Source of the DNA: a virus
DNA length: 39,422 nt
Strand: one strand, 5' to 3'
IMG/VR virus record: IMGVR_UViG_3300045988_045917
Coordinates: 1-39,422 of that record
In this document: piece after piece, positions 25,798 to 32,872 of the stretch
Layout of the letters: the number at the start of each line of letters is the position of its first letter
How positions within the stretch are numbered: the first letter of the stretch is position 1
Position numbers and translations under genes: made by a program
The notes under the pieces: model-generated
What the model saw: only the letters and a program-made list of their open reading frames with translations
Databases searched by the model: none
Told to the model about the DNA's origin: nothing

Positions 25798-25845
25798 TAA
25801 CCGCCAGTCGGATCGAACAACTGCTAACGTCTACCAAGAACGGTT
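25798..25845 (-). ncRNA. tRNA-like module TL1: minihelix-type element lacking an anticodon arm
   Basis: AACCGTT / GGCGGTT acceptor (7 bp, two GU). D-arm remnant CGT-TCTTGGTAG-ACG. Variable region TTAGC, the same as in the Phe-like tRNA. T-arm AGTTG-TTCGATC-CGACT, discriminator A. Confidence 0.4.
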
Positions 25846-25986
25846 ACTTTAATCTGTTACTTACTGAAACAAATTAAGAACTGTATTAATTTCGAAAGGA
25901 GATTTTCTTTCAAACGTACCGCACGTAGTACTGTCAAGGTGAAGTCGAAAGATCGTAACCACCACGTCTAATCTTTCGACAATAAC

Positions 25987-26043
25987 AATTTATCATGAAA
26001 CGTACGCAAGCAGTGCGCAAGGTTTACGCAAGCTTTACGCACG
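25987..26043 (-). promoter_or_regulatory. Candidate activator-dependent (late) promoter: four phased CTTGCGYA repeats plus an extended -10
   Basis: The minus strand reads GTGCGTAAAG CTTGCGTAAAC CTTGCGCACTG CTTGCGTACGT at a 10-11 bp period, then TGATAAATT (TG-extended -10). There is no -35 consensus. It lies directly downstream of the ArpU-like gene. Confidence 0.5.
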
Positions 26044-26044
26044 A

Positions 26045-26575
26045 CTAATTTTTCCGGATCTTAATTTTATCCGGCCATACTGTTTTTACCTTTTGACTGA
26101 AAACTCTTAAGTCTGGTAAATCATCAACACCAAAGTATCTTTTCCAGTAAAGCCAACGATCAGCGAACTCACATTGTGCGTTAATCTTCTTAGTATCAAT
26201 TGACCTAGTCGACAGATTAACTGTAGCTGCTACATCAACAATGCGTAATTGATCAATGTATGTTCCAATTAAGATACGTCTGTAAGGCTTTAATGCTGTG
26301 TCAGTGCAATTATCCATTGTTCGATAAATTGCTGCACAGACCTTTCTAGCAGGATCAGCAATGTCGATATCGTCTTGTGCTTCGTCAATGAAATTCTTCT
26401 CAACGCCATTTTTGTTTGTTGATCCTGGTGCGAATGATAATTGAGGGCTTGTAAGTTGATTACGGTGTAAGCCAGCTAAATTAAGATAGCTCTGAAAATT
26501 AATAGTCAGGAACTTATCCACCCTTTTAGCAGTAGCTCTTAAATTTGGCTGTAATCCTAAGTCAATTTGATACAC
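26045..26575 (-). CDS. ArpU-family late transcription regulator (GTG start)
   Basis: 176 aa, the last gene of the early region upstream of the packaging genes. The sequence pattern is consistent with phage ArpU/RinA-like regulators. SD GAGAGGGAG. Confidence 0.6.
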   Translation of the reverse strand: MYQIDLGLQPNLRATAKRVDKFLTINFQSYLNLAGLHRNQLTSPQLSFAPGSTNKNGVEKNFIDEAQDDIDIADPARKVCAAIYRTMDNCTDTALKPYRRILIGTYIDQLRIVDVAATVNLSTRSIDTKKINAQCEFADRWLYWKRYFGVDDLPDLRVFSQKVKTVWPDKIKIRKN

Positions 26576-26604
26576 ACTTACACTCCCTCTCGTCTTCTAG
26601 TTGT

Positions 26605-26724
26605 TTAATTACTTGCCTTATTTGCTGCAAGCATATCAGTGAATATTCGGTCAGCGATCTCATAAGGATCTTCATCTTCGGGACAATGGTGCTTAGCATA
26701 TTTCAAGATGTTCAAGTACATCAT
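26605..26724 (-). CDS. Possible 39-aa ORF (MMYLNILKYAKHHCPEDEDPYEIADRIFTDMLAANKASN)
   Basis: It fills the gap between two genes and has protein-like composition. The SD is weak, and a 5-codon upstream mini-ORF overlaps it by ATGA. Confidence 0.3.
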   Translation of the reverse strand: MMYLNILKYAKHHCPEDEDPYEIADRIFTDMLAANKASN

Positions 26725-26758
26725 GACCGCTGTTTCATTGCCTACTTCTAACTCGTTT

Positions 26759-26983
26759 CTATTTTCGTTCATCATTCGACCTCACTTTGATTTCGTGCTC
26801 AATCAAAGGTAGCAGCTCCTCAGCTTTATCTTCGTCAATCATTTCTTCGATTGTTGGCTCTATCACATTTTCAAAATTCTTGATATTTGATTTAAGCATT
26901 GATCTAAAATTCTTAAGTTGTTCTGTCTTGAAACATTTGTAATTGCAAGTATTAACTTCATATCCATACAATGTCATAGCCAA
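26759..26983 (-). CDS. Hypothetical early protein (74 aa)
   Basis: ORF in an operon context. No motif. Confidence 0.55.
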   Translation of the reverse strand: MAMTLYGYEVNTCNYKCFKTEQLKNFRSMLKSNIKNFENVIEPTIEEMIDEDKAEELLPLIEHEIKVRSNDERK

Positions 26984-27246
26984 GGCTTCTCTTCCTCTTC
27001 ATCAGTTAATTTATCTTCTTTAGCTACTCTTAAGTCCCAGATTCCATCGCCCATGTATGTCAAAATGTCATCGAAACTGAAAGAACACATATAGCCGTAT
27101 TTAGTATGAACTCCCCAAACGCAATTGACTGCGAACTTTCTTGGATCAAACTTCAATAAACCGTTATCTTCTAAAAAACTTCTAGTATATGTGTCCTCAA
27201 ACTCTTCTCTCGTTCCTCTAGTCCCAATCTTCAACTCAATTGCCAT
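26974..27246 (-). CDS. Hypothetical early protein (90 aa; start trimmed to ATG 27246)
   Basis: GGAGAG lies 7 nt upstream of the ATG (MAIELKIG...). The longer track start overlaps a better small ORF. Confidence 0.55.
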   Translation of the reverse strand: MAIELKIGTRGTREEFEDTYTRSFLEDNGLLKFDPRKFAVNCVWGVHTKYGYMCSFSFDDILTYMGDGIWDLRVAKEDKLTDEEEEKPWL

Positions 27247-27367
27247 AATTATCTCTCCATTTCTTGTAATACTCTTCAACTTCTTTGTCATAGTCTACTG
27301 GCTTAAGTGAACCGTCTTCTTGTACGTGATACCACTTGCCTTTTTGATACTTTAAATCGTTGCTCAT
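27236..27367 (-). CDS. Small hypothetical protein (43 aa, MSNDLKYQKGKWYHVQEDGSLKPVDYDKEVEEYYKKWRDNYGN)
   Basis: It fills an ORF-track gap and has protein-like composition. It overlaps the neighbouring genes at both ends. Confidence 0.45.
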   Translation of the reverse strand: MSNDLKYQKGKWYHVQEDGSLKPVDYDKEVEEYYKKWRDNYGN

Positions 27368-27491
27368 AGGCAAAACACCACAAACCCGACAGCACCCAGA
27401 CAAATCAGCATCCCTGCCAGAGTGATTAATTCTGCACTATACTTCATACTGTCTCAATTCCATTCACTATAATCACCACGAAAGTTCGAAT

Positions 27492-27752
27492 TTAAATATC
27501 ATATGGACTTTTATCATTTTCGGAAATGCCCATTGTTGCTACTGTAGATAAATCCAGATATACATGCTCATGAATCCCATCAATAATTAAGATTCTGTTT
27601 TTAATTTCTTGCCCATACTCATCGAATTCTTTGCTTAATAAATTCCAGATATGTTCTTTTGTACCTTTTACAGCTATGGAATCAGTACAACCATTCTTAA
27701 ATATCAAATTAACAAAGCATAACTTTCCGCCTAATTTAAACTCATCGTTCAT
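27492..27752 (-). CDS. Hypothetical early protein (86 aa)
   Basis: ORF directly abutting rusA. Confidence 0.55.
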   Translation of the reverse strand: MNDEFKLGGKLCFVNLIFKNGCTDSIAVKGTKEHIWNLLSKEFDEYGQEIKNRILIIDGIHEHVYLDLSTVATMGISENDKSPYDI

Positions 27753-28214
27753 CTAATCACCCATATCTCTCTTAATTCTCACGTCAACCCTTGCACGCTC
27801 GGCATACCTCTTTTTTACTAACAAAGTTGTTACTTGCTTGTCGTCATGATAAACACCTCTCATAACTTCAACCATTTTGTGAAGTCGTTTATCACGCTTC
27901 ATTTTTGGGTTCATGCCGTCCATTATGATTTTTCCTACGTTATCAGCATCAGGTTTCTTAGTTGGCAGTTCTTGGTTAGCTAAACATAAAGCCTTACGTT
28001 TCTTGCTTAAACTCTTCGGAACTTCAAAATATGCAACAATCTTAACGTCCAAAGGTTCATCTTTATCAAACATACCTTTGAAGCTATTAATCGCTGTATA
28101 CCTAACTAAATCTTCATATCGTGCCGTCTTAGCTGGAGTGTAAGTTACCGTCCTAGTAACTCTCGGTCTCGCCTTACCTACTGGCGTTCCTTCAATCGTA
28201 AAGTTAACTCTCAT
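27753..28214 (-). CDS. rusA: RusA-family Holliday junction resolvase
   Basis: EGTPVGKARPRV near the N-terminus and the DADNVGKIIMDGMN catalytic-Asp motif. Confidence 0.85.
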   Translation of the reverse strand: MRVNFTIEGTPVGKARPRVTRTVTYTPAKTARYEDLVRYTAINSFKGMFDKDEPLDVKIVAYFEVPKSLSKKRKALCLANQELPTKKPDADNVGKIIMDGMNPKMKRDKRLHKMVEVMRGVYHDDKQVTTLLVKKRYAERARVDVRIKRDMGD

Positions 28215-28312
28215 AAAACTTATTCAATCCAATCGTCATAAATTACAATTTTTGGGTCATCATCACTATCACACATCACGCTCATAGTATCTTTGGTCGA
28301 CTGTTAAATTCA

Positions 28313-28588
28313 TTATTCAATCACCAGCTTTGCGTTTACTTTGTGCCAAGTATCATCTGCTAAACGTCGACTATGCTGCAAAGCTGGTAATGTTGTCTCT
28401 GAGTATCCCCATATTCCTGTATCATCAGTTTGGTAAGTATTGTCGCCATTTGGAGTAATATTCATCAAGCAATAGTTACCATAGTTATCTTTTACAATTA
28501 AACCGAAGTTACCATCACTGTCTTTTAACACATCTCCAACTTGCCATTGTTCTTCTTGCTTATCTTTGGTCTTATCTACAATTTTCAT
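28313..28588 (-). CDS. Hypothetical protein, paralogue of the 28591-28890 product
   Basis: Both share DKxKDKxExxWQxGDV...FGxIV...Y...VNAxLV. Confidence 0.6.
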   Translation of the reverse strand: MKIVDKTKDKQEEQWQVGDVLKDSDGNFGLIVKDNYGNYCLMNITPNGDNTYQTDDTGIWGYSETTLPALQHSRRLADDTWHKVNAKLVIE

Positions 28589-28590
28589 CG

Positions 28591-28890
28591 TTAATCCTCC
28601 ACAACTAAATGAGCATTTACTTTTTCAACGCAATCCCATAAATCCTTAAATGATTCAATCATTCTGTTAATTTCTTTGTATTGAATATTTGCCTGATCGC
28701 TAAAATATCCATCTCCAGAGAGTACGCCAGGAACTCCATTTAACGATACAACTGAATATTTACCTGAAATAGGTTCTTGTACAATCATTCCAAAGTCTTT
28801 AATGTTTTGATCGTAACTTTCAAAATAAATCACATCTCCTTTTTGCCATTTTCCCTCTTTCTTGTCTTTACGTTTATCAATAACTTCCAT
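28591..28890 (-). CDS. Hypothetical protein, paralogue of the 28313-28588 product (start ATG 28890)
   Basis: GGAGG lies 8 nt upstream of ATG 28890. The track's TTG start lies inside the SD. Confidence 0.6.
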   Translation of the reverse strand: MEVIDKRKDKKEGKWQKGDVIYFESYDQNIKDFGMIVQEPISGKYSVVSLNGVPGVLSGDGYFSDQANIQYKEINRMIESFKDLWDCVEKVNAHLVVED

Positions 28891-28894
28891 TTGC

Positions 28895-29292
28895 TTAACC
28901 TCCAACTACTTCTCTAACCACGCCATGAAGCACCTTAGCGACCTCACTGGCTTCTTTCTTGTCTATGAAGATTGACTGAACAAATCCAGCTGAACGTCCT
29001 GTCGTGTCTAAGATCTCAACCACGTACATATCAGGAACTGAGTACCAGCGATATTGTTTAGCATCTTCGATGATTTTCTCTAAATCGTGATTTTCTTCAA
29101 GAATTCTGTTCTCCTAGTTATTAACATCCATACCTAATAATTCAGCAATTTGTAAAAGAACATCATAATTTGCTTCTTTAAAATCTTTCACATTCATAGA
29201 ATGCGACTTGCCATCTTCGGTTACCGGTTCTTCAAATCGTTAATATCTAAAAGATAAGTCAAACCGGCTTTAATATTTTCAATTTCGTTCAT
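28895..29292 (-). pseudogene. Fragmented small early gene(s): a 23-codon ORF, a 1-nt frame change, then a ~115-codon frame interrupted by an in-frame TAG
   Basis: ATG 29292 to TAA 29221-29223. The second frame is open from 29239 to 28895 except for TAG at 29114-29116. No piece reaches 60 aa. Confidence 0.4.
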
Positions 29293-29306
29293 CGTGCTAG
29301 TCCTTT

Positions 29307-30092
29307 CTAAACGTTTAACGTTGATACCATGACTTTTTGGTAAGTATCATCAAATTTTCCTCTTAGCGCTTTGTTAATAATGTGCTTCTGGCCTTTAGGT
29401 GTTACCCACGTTTGAGAATATCCTCTGCCATCTCTGGTCAAGTTATGAGTAATTCTAAATAGTCCTCTTTTAACCATCTGCGTCATTGGTACGTTCCAGC
29501 TATGATTAAAACTTGAAAGATATTTTTCTTCTCTAAGCAACTGGAATAGCTGATTTCTCCCAATTACAAAACCGTTTTGAGTTAGAATTTCAGCTAATTC
29601 GCCAACAGGGATTGCATGATGGCTATATCTAATAGCCTTGGCAAAAACCACATCATCAGCATCTTTAGCAATCTTAGCTGCTTGTCTAGCATTTGCTTCT
29701 TTTAGTTCTCTCTTTTCAGTTTCCAGCAACTTCACCCGATTGTTAGCGATAGTTAAGGCGCGTTGCATAATCATGTCCGGATTATTCCACTTCTTTTCAA
29801 CTTCGATTAAGTATTCTCGATATTCCTTGCCCTTTGAGGTACGGCTCAAAAGACACAGCTGCTTAGCCATATCAATTGTGAGTGCATAGTCCTGAAGCTC
29901 AATGCTACAGCGGTTTTCTCTAGGTGTACTTATAAGTACACGTTGGAAATCACTATTTTCTTTAAAGTCATTGCTGTTCTGTTCCCACCAAGCGGAAAAT
30001 CTTCGCTTGATACCTAGTCCTTTATATAGCTCTCTAGCACTAACTAGCTGTTGGTCATTCTTGACCGTTACTTTGATTAATTCATTATTCAT
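29307..30092 (-). CDS. Antirepressor (AntA-like N-domain plus KilAC-like C-domain)
   Basis: LVSARELYKGLGIKRRFSAWWEQN...FKENSDFQ is AntA-like. The C-terminal part (PVGELAEILTQNGFVIGRNQLFQLLREEKYL) is KilAC-like. Start set to the ATG with GAGGA 8 nt upstream. Confidence 0.7.
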   Translation of the reverse strand: MNNELIKVTVKNDQQLVSARELYKGLGIKRRFSAWWEQNSNDFKENSDFQRVLISTPRENRCSIELQDYALTIDMAKQLCLLSRTSKGKEYREYLIEVEKKWNNPDMIMQRALTIANNRVKLLETEKRELKEANARQAAKIAKDADDVVFAKAIRYSHHAIPVGELAEILTQNGFVIGRNQLFQLLREEKYLSSFNHSWNVPMTQMVKRGLFRITHNLTRDGRGYSQTWVTPKGQKHIINKALRGKFDDTYQKVMVSTLNV

Positions 30093-30720
30093 CTTCATCG
30101 TCCTCATCTTCGCTTAATATGGTTTTTAAAATAGCAAACATAGCAACATCTTCCGGACTAACATTTAGTTCTTTATCAAGAAATGCAACCAACTTAAGAC
30201 CAGCATTTTCAAGTTTTTGGTTTGCTTTGTCTGTTTCATCAGTTTTGTTAAATGCAACAGCATTAGCTATATCGTTAACTGTATCCAACAACAGCCCTAC
30301 ATTCTTCGGCTTCTTATCAGCTTTAGTGCCTAGATTTTCTACTTTTTGACTTGCAATAGCTTCTTGGGCTGCTCTAGTTCTAATTGCAAGAATATTAGCT
30401 GTCTTCTTCAAAATATCAAGGCAATCTTCTTTGGTGTATTCACCTGGGGCAAATGGTTCTGTATCAAACCCAACAAACCCTTCTTCACTTTCAATATTTG
30501 GAAAAGAACCAGCGAATGTTACACCACCAGGAAACTCTCCAAATTCATCCCACGAATCAAAAAATAATTCTTTGCCCATCTCAACGTGATTTCTCCAGCT
30601 AAATGGATCTTTATGCAAGATTTCAATATATCCCGTGTAATAGTGACCGAAAGGCATATCCATCTCTTTCACTACGGCAATTCTTCCGCATACTTCCTCT
30701 TTGTAAATAATGTTTTCCAT
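30085..30720 (-). CDS. Hypothetical early protein (211 aa, acidic C-terminus)
   Basis: ORF in an operon. No motif recognised. Confidence 0.6.
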   Translation of the reverse strand: MENIIYKEEVCGRIAVVKEMDMPFGHYYTGYIEILHKDPFSWRNHVEMGKELFFDSWDEFGEFPGGVTFAGSFPNIESEEGFVGFDTEPFAPGEYTKEDCLDILKKTANILAIRTRAAQEAIASQKVENLGTKADKKPKNVGLLLDTVNDIANAVAFNKTDETDKANQKLENAGLKLVAFLDKELNVSPEDVAMFAILKTILSEDEDDEDE

Positions 30721-30723
30721 TTT

Positions 30724-31071
30724 CTATTCCTCCGTAATGTCTGAATTAATTAGCAATTGACCAATTTTTGACCAGTTAAATTCTGGACGAGTTTGTGGGT
30801 ATTCTTGACTAAGCATATCCGTGATACGTTCGTATGCTTCTTGTTCTTTATCGTTCAAATCGTTAATTTCGATATACTCGTCAACATATCCTTGCAAGTA
30901 AGGTACTAAAACTCTAAAGAAATCAGCCAGCTTTTGCCACGTTTCTAGTTTTGGCTCACGCTTCCCCCGTTCATACTGGCTAATAGTTATGTATGACATA
31001 TTTATTTTTTCGCTCATATCTCTTAATGATAAGCCTTTAGCTTGTCTTAATTCTTTAATTCTGTTTTGCAT
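30724..31071 (-). CDS. XRE-family HTH protein
   Basis: IKELRQAKGLSLRDMSEKINMSYITISQYERGKREP. Confidence 0.75.
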   Translation of the reverse strand: MQNRIKELRQAKGLSLRDMSEKINMSYITISQYERGKREPKLETWQKLADFFRVLVPYLQGYVDEYIEINDLNDKEQEAYERITDMLSQEYPQTRPEFNWSKIGQLLINSDITEE

Positions 31072-31076
31072 GGTGG

Positions 31077-32039
31077 TTACCTCCCGTACTCTCTAAAAAT
31101 TGCGTCACGTTCTTCTCGTGATATATGCGATACTGGATTTTGTTTCTGAATTTGCTGTTGAACCTGTCCCCAATCAGTAGCCCTTCGAACTGACTTATTT
31201 CCAAAATTCCTTCGTGGAATAGGTCCTGTGTCTGGCTGATTTAGATATGCTTCAAACTTAGTCCCGAAAAGTGTTTCTGGTCTTAAGTACTGAACCATGT
31301 TGCCATCTTGTAGCCATTCAGCACACTTCTTGTCGATAACTGTCTTAAAGTCAATATCAATAAAGCCCTCGTTGTATCTAGCTTTAATTAGTCGCCTTGT
31401 AGCTTTAGAAGTTGGTCGATAATGTGAATTAGTCTTTCTGTTTAGGTAGTCAATAATTTTTTCGTAAGGTATTTTTTGAGATTTTTGTTTTGGTTCGGAG
31501 TCGACGTTCTCTGAACTCGACAATTTATTTATATTATTATCTTTACTTAACTTATCTTTACTTAACTTATCTTCGGTATACACGTTGTCATCATCTTGTA
31601 TACAAGTTGTATCCAAACTGTTTACATCTTGTTCTTTTTTAGTATCCATGTTGCTATCATCTTGTTTACTTTTTGTATCCTGAACAATTGGGGATCTTGT
31701 AACAAGGCGGTATTGCTTGGTTTCTGACAATTCCAACTGCTTCTTGTCGTCTTTATAAACCGTTTCGTGATATCTATCTTTAGGAATGTAGTTGTGAACG
31801 AACCAATCTGTTATTGCGATTACTCCATCTTCAAATACAATTACGTATCCTTTTTCAACCAGAATTTTTAAATCGTCTTGCTGAGCTCCAATTGATCGAG
31901 TTATAGTTTTAGGATTTCCTAGAAATCCATCATCATCTGCGTGCATACACAAGTGCCAATATAATTCTCTACTTGATACGGGCATATCTAAGAATTTATC
32001 AGTTTCAACAATTTTATCGCTGTACATTCTTCTACCCAT
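31077..32039 (-). CDS. Replisome organizer / replication initiation protein (N-terminal organizer domain plus conserved phage C-terminal domain)
   Basis: The C-terminus IIDYLNRKTNSHYRPTSKATRRLIKARYNEGF...YLRPETLFGTKFEAYLNQ matches the conserved phage rep C-terminal pattern. The middle of the gene carries DNA iterons. Confidence 0.75.
   Translation of the reverse strand: MGRRMYSDKIVETDKFLDMPVSSRELYWHLCMHADDDGFLGNPKTITRSIGAQQDDLKILVEKGYVIVFEDGVIAITDWFVHNYIPKDRYHETVYKDDKKQLELSETKQYRLVTRSPIVQDTKSKQDDSNMDTKKEQDVNSLDTTCIQDDDNVYTEDKLSKDKLSKDNNINKLSSSENVDSEPKQKSQKIPYEKIIDYLNRKTNSHYRPTSKATRRLIKARYNEGFIDIDFKTVIDKKCAEWLQDGNMVQYLRPETLFGTKFEAYLNQPDTGPIPRRNFGNKSVRRATDWGQVQQQIQKQNPVSHISREERDAIFREYGR
31541..31681. 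repeat. Iteron cluster inside the replisome organizer gene: candidate origin of replication
   Basis: 15-bp tandem TCTTTACTTAACTTA x2.3 (31541-31576). Three 23-bp units CATCTTGT-N9-GTATCC start at 31593, 31626 and 31659, an exact 33-bp period. Confidence 0.55.
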
Positions 32040-32048
32040 TTTGACCTC

Positions 32049-32861
32049 CTATTTGATGTATTCTCCGTCAGCAGGTAATGTTCCGAATAAATTGGATACA
32101 TCTTCTTGTTTTGGTTCTTCCACACTTTGCTGTGCTTCTCTTAATTTTTCTTCTTTTTTAGCTTCCTCTTCGGCTTTCTTTAAAGCCTCTTGCTTGTCTT
32201 TTTCACGCCGTTTGTAACTTTGATTTAACTGATAAATGGCTTGAGCGTCCTGTGGAGTATGTGATCCTTTAATCCAATCTTGAGCATCAGCAATTCCATC
32301 TACAGCTTCTTGATATAATCCAGCTAAATTAGCTTTAATCCCGTTATAGTAAACTGTGTAATTATCTAGCTCTTGTTTAGATAAGACTTTAGGCTCTTCA
32401 ATATTTTTTACGTCCTGTGCATCATCGTCATCTTCACTAGCAATTCCAAAAGCTGCACTTAAGGAATAACGCTTAGCATAACTGATTAAACTAGCAGTTT
32501 TTTGTGCGTCTCCGACATTAAAGTTCTTAAACCAAACTTTATTTGTTACAGCATAAAAGCCAGATACGTCTACTAAAATAGTTTGTACATCTACACCTTG
32601 ATCCGTATTGTTAACATCAAAGAAGTAAGTGAACTGCACATTACCTTTATCATCAATAACTTTTTTAGTGGCTTCCATAACTGATTTATCAACGTCTGCT
32701 AAGTCTGCATACTTGTATTCATACGTATAAGGCTTACCGGTTTTAGTTTTTCCTGATACTTGAACCTTATGACTTCTTTGTGGTTGTTTGATATTAGCTT
32801 TAACTTGGGCAAAATGTAATGCCCAACTTGCACGATCTTTTACGTCTCCGACAAACTCCAT
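32049..32861 (-). CDS. ERF-family single-strand annealing protein (recombinase)
   Basis: YKYADLADV... and ISYAKRYSLSAAFGIASEDDDDA are typical of the ERF superfamily. Confidence 0.65.
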   Translation of the reverse strand: MEFVGDVKDRASWALHFAQVKANIKQPQRSHKVQVSGKTKTGKPYTYEYKYADLADVDKSVMEATKKVIDDKGNVQFTYFFDVNNTDQGVDVQTILVDVSGFYAVTNKVWFKNFNVGDAQKTASLISYAKRYSLSAAFGIASEDDDDAQDVKNIEEPKVLSKQELDNYTVYYNGIKANLAGLYQEAVDGIADAQDWIKGSHTPQDAQAIYQLNQSYKRREKDKQEALKKAEEEAKKEEKLREAQQSVEEPKQEDVSNLFGTLPADGEYIK

Positions 32862-32872
32862 CTTTATTACCT

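Larger units (their letters stand above)
24997..25985 (-). ncRNA. Large ORF-free structured RNA region with embedded tRNA-derived modules (GOLLD/ROOL-class candidate or a novel tRNA-like array)
   Basis: No SD-preceded ORF. There are many perfect 5-10 bp stems and long-range complementarity, four T-arm/acceptor modules, and its own promoter and terminator. See findings. Confidence 0.5.

Noticed and set aside
24997-25985. Search for an amber-suppressor (CTA) or other decodable anticodon loop among the tRNA-like modules, prompted by the in-frame TAG at 29114-29116
   Set aside because: No 7-nt loop of the form YU-CUA-R closed by a 5-bp stem was found. The CTCTAAAT loop at about 25768 is 8 nt on a 4-bp AT-rich stem and is not part of a cloverleaf.
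27364-27447. 27-codon hydrophobic ORF (MKYSAELITLAGMLICLGAVGFVVFCL)
   Set aside because: It has only a weak SD-like sequence upstream. It could be a real membrane peptide coupled by ATGA to the next small ORF, but the evidence is too thin to list it as a feature.
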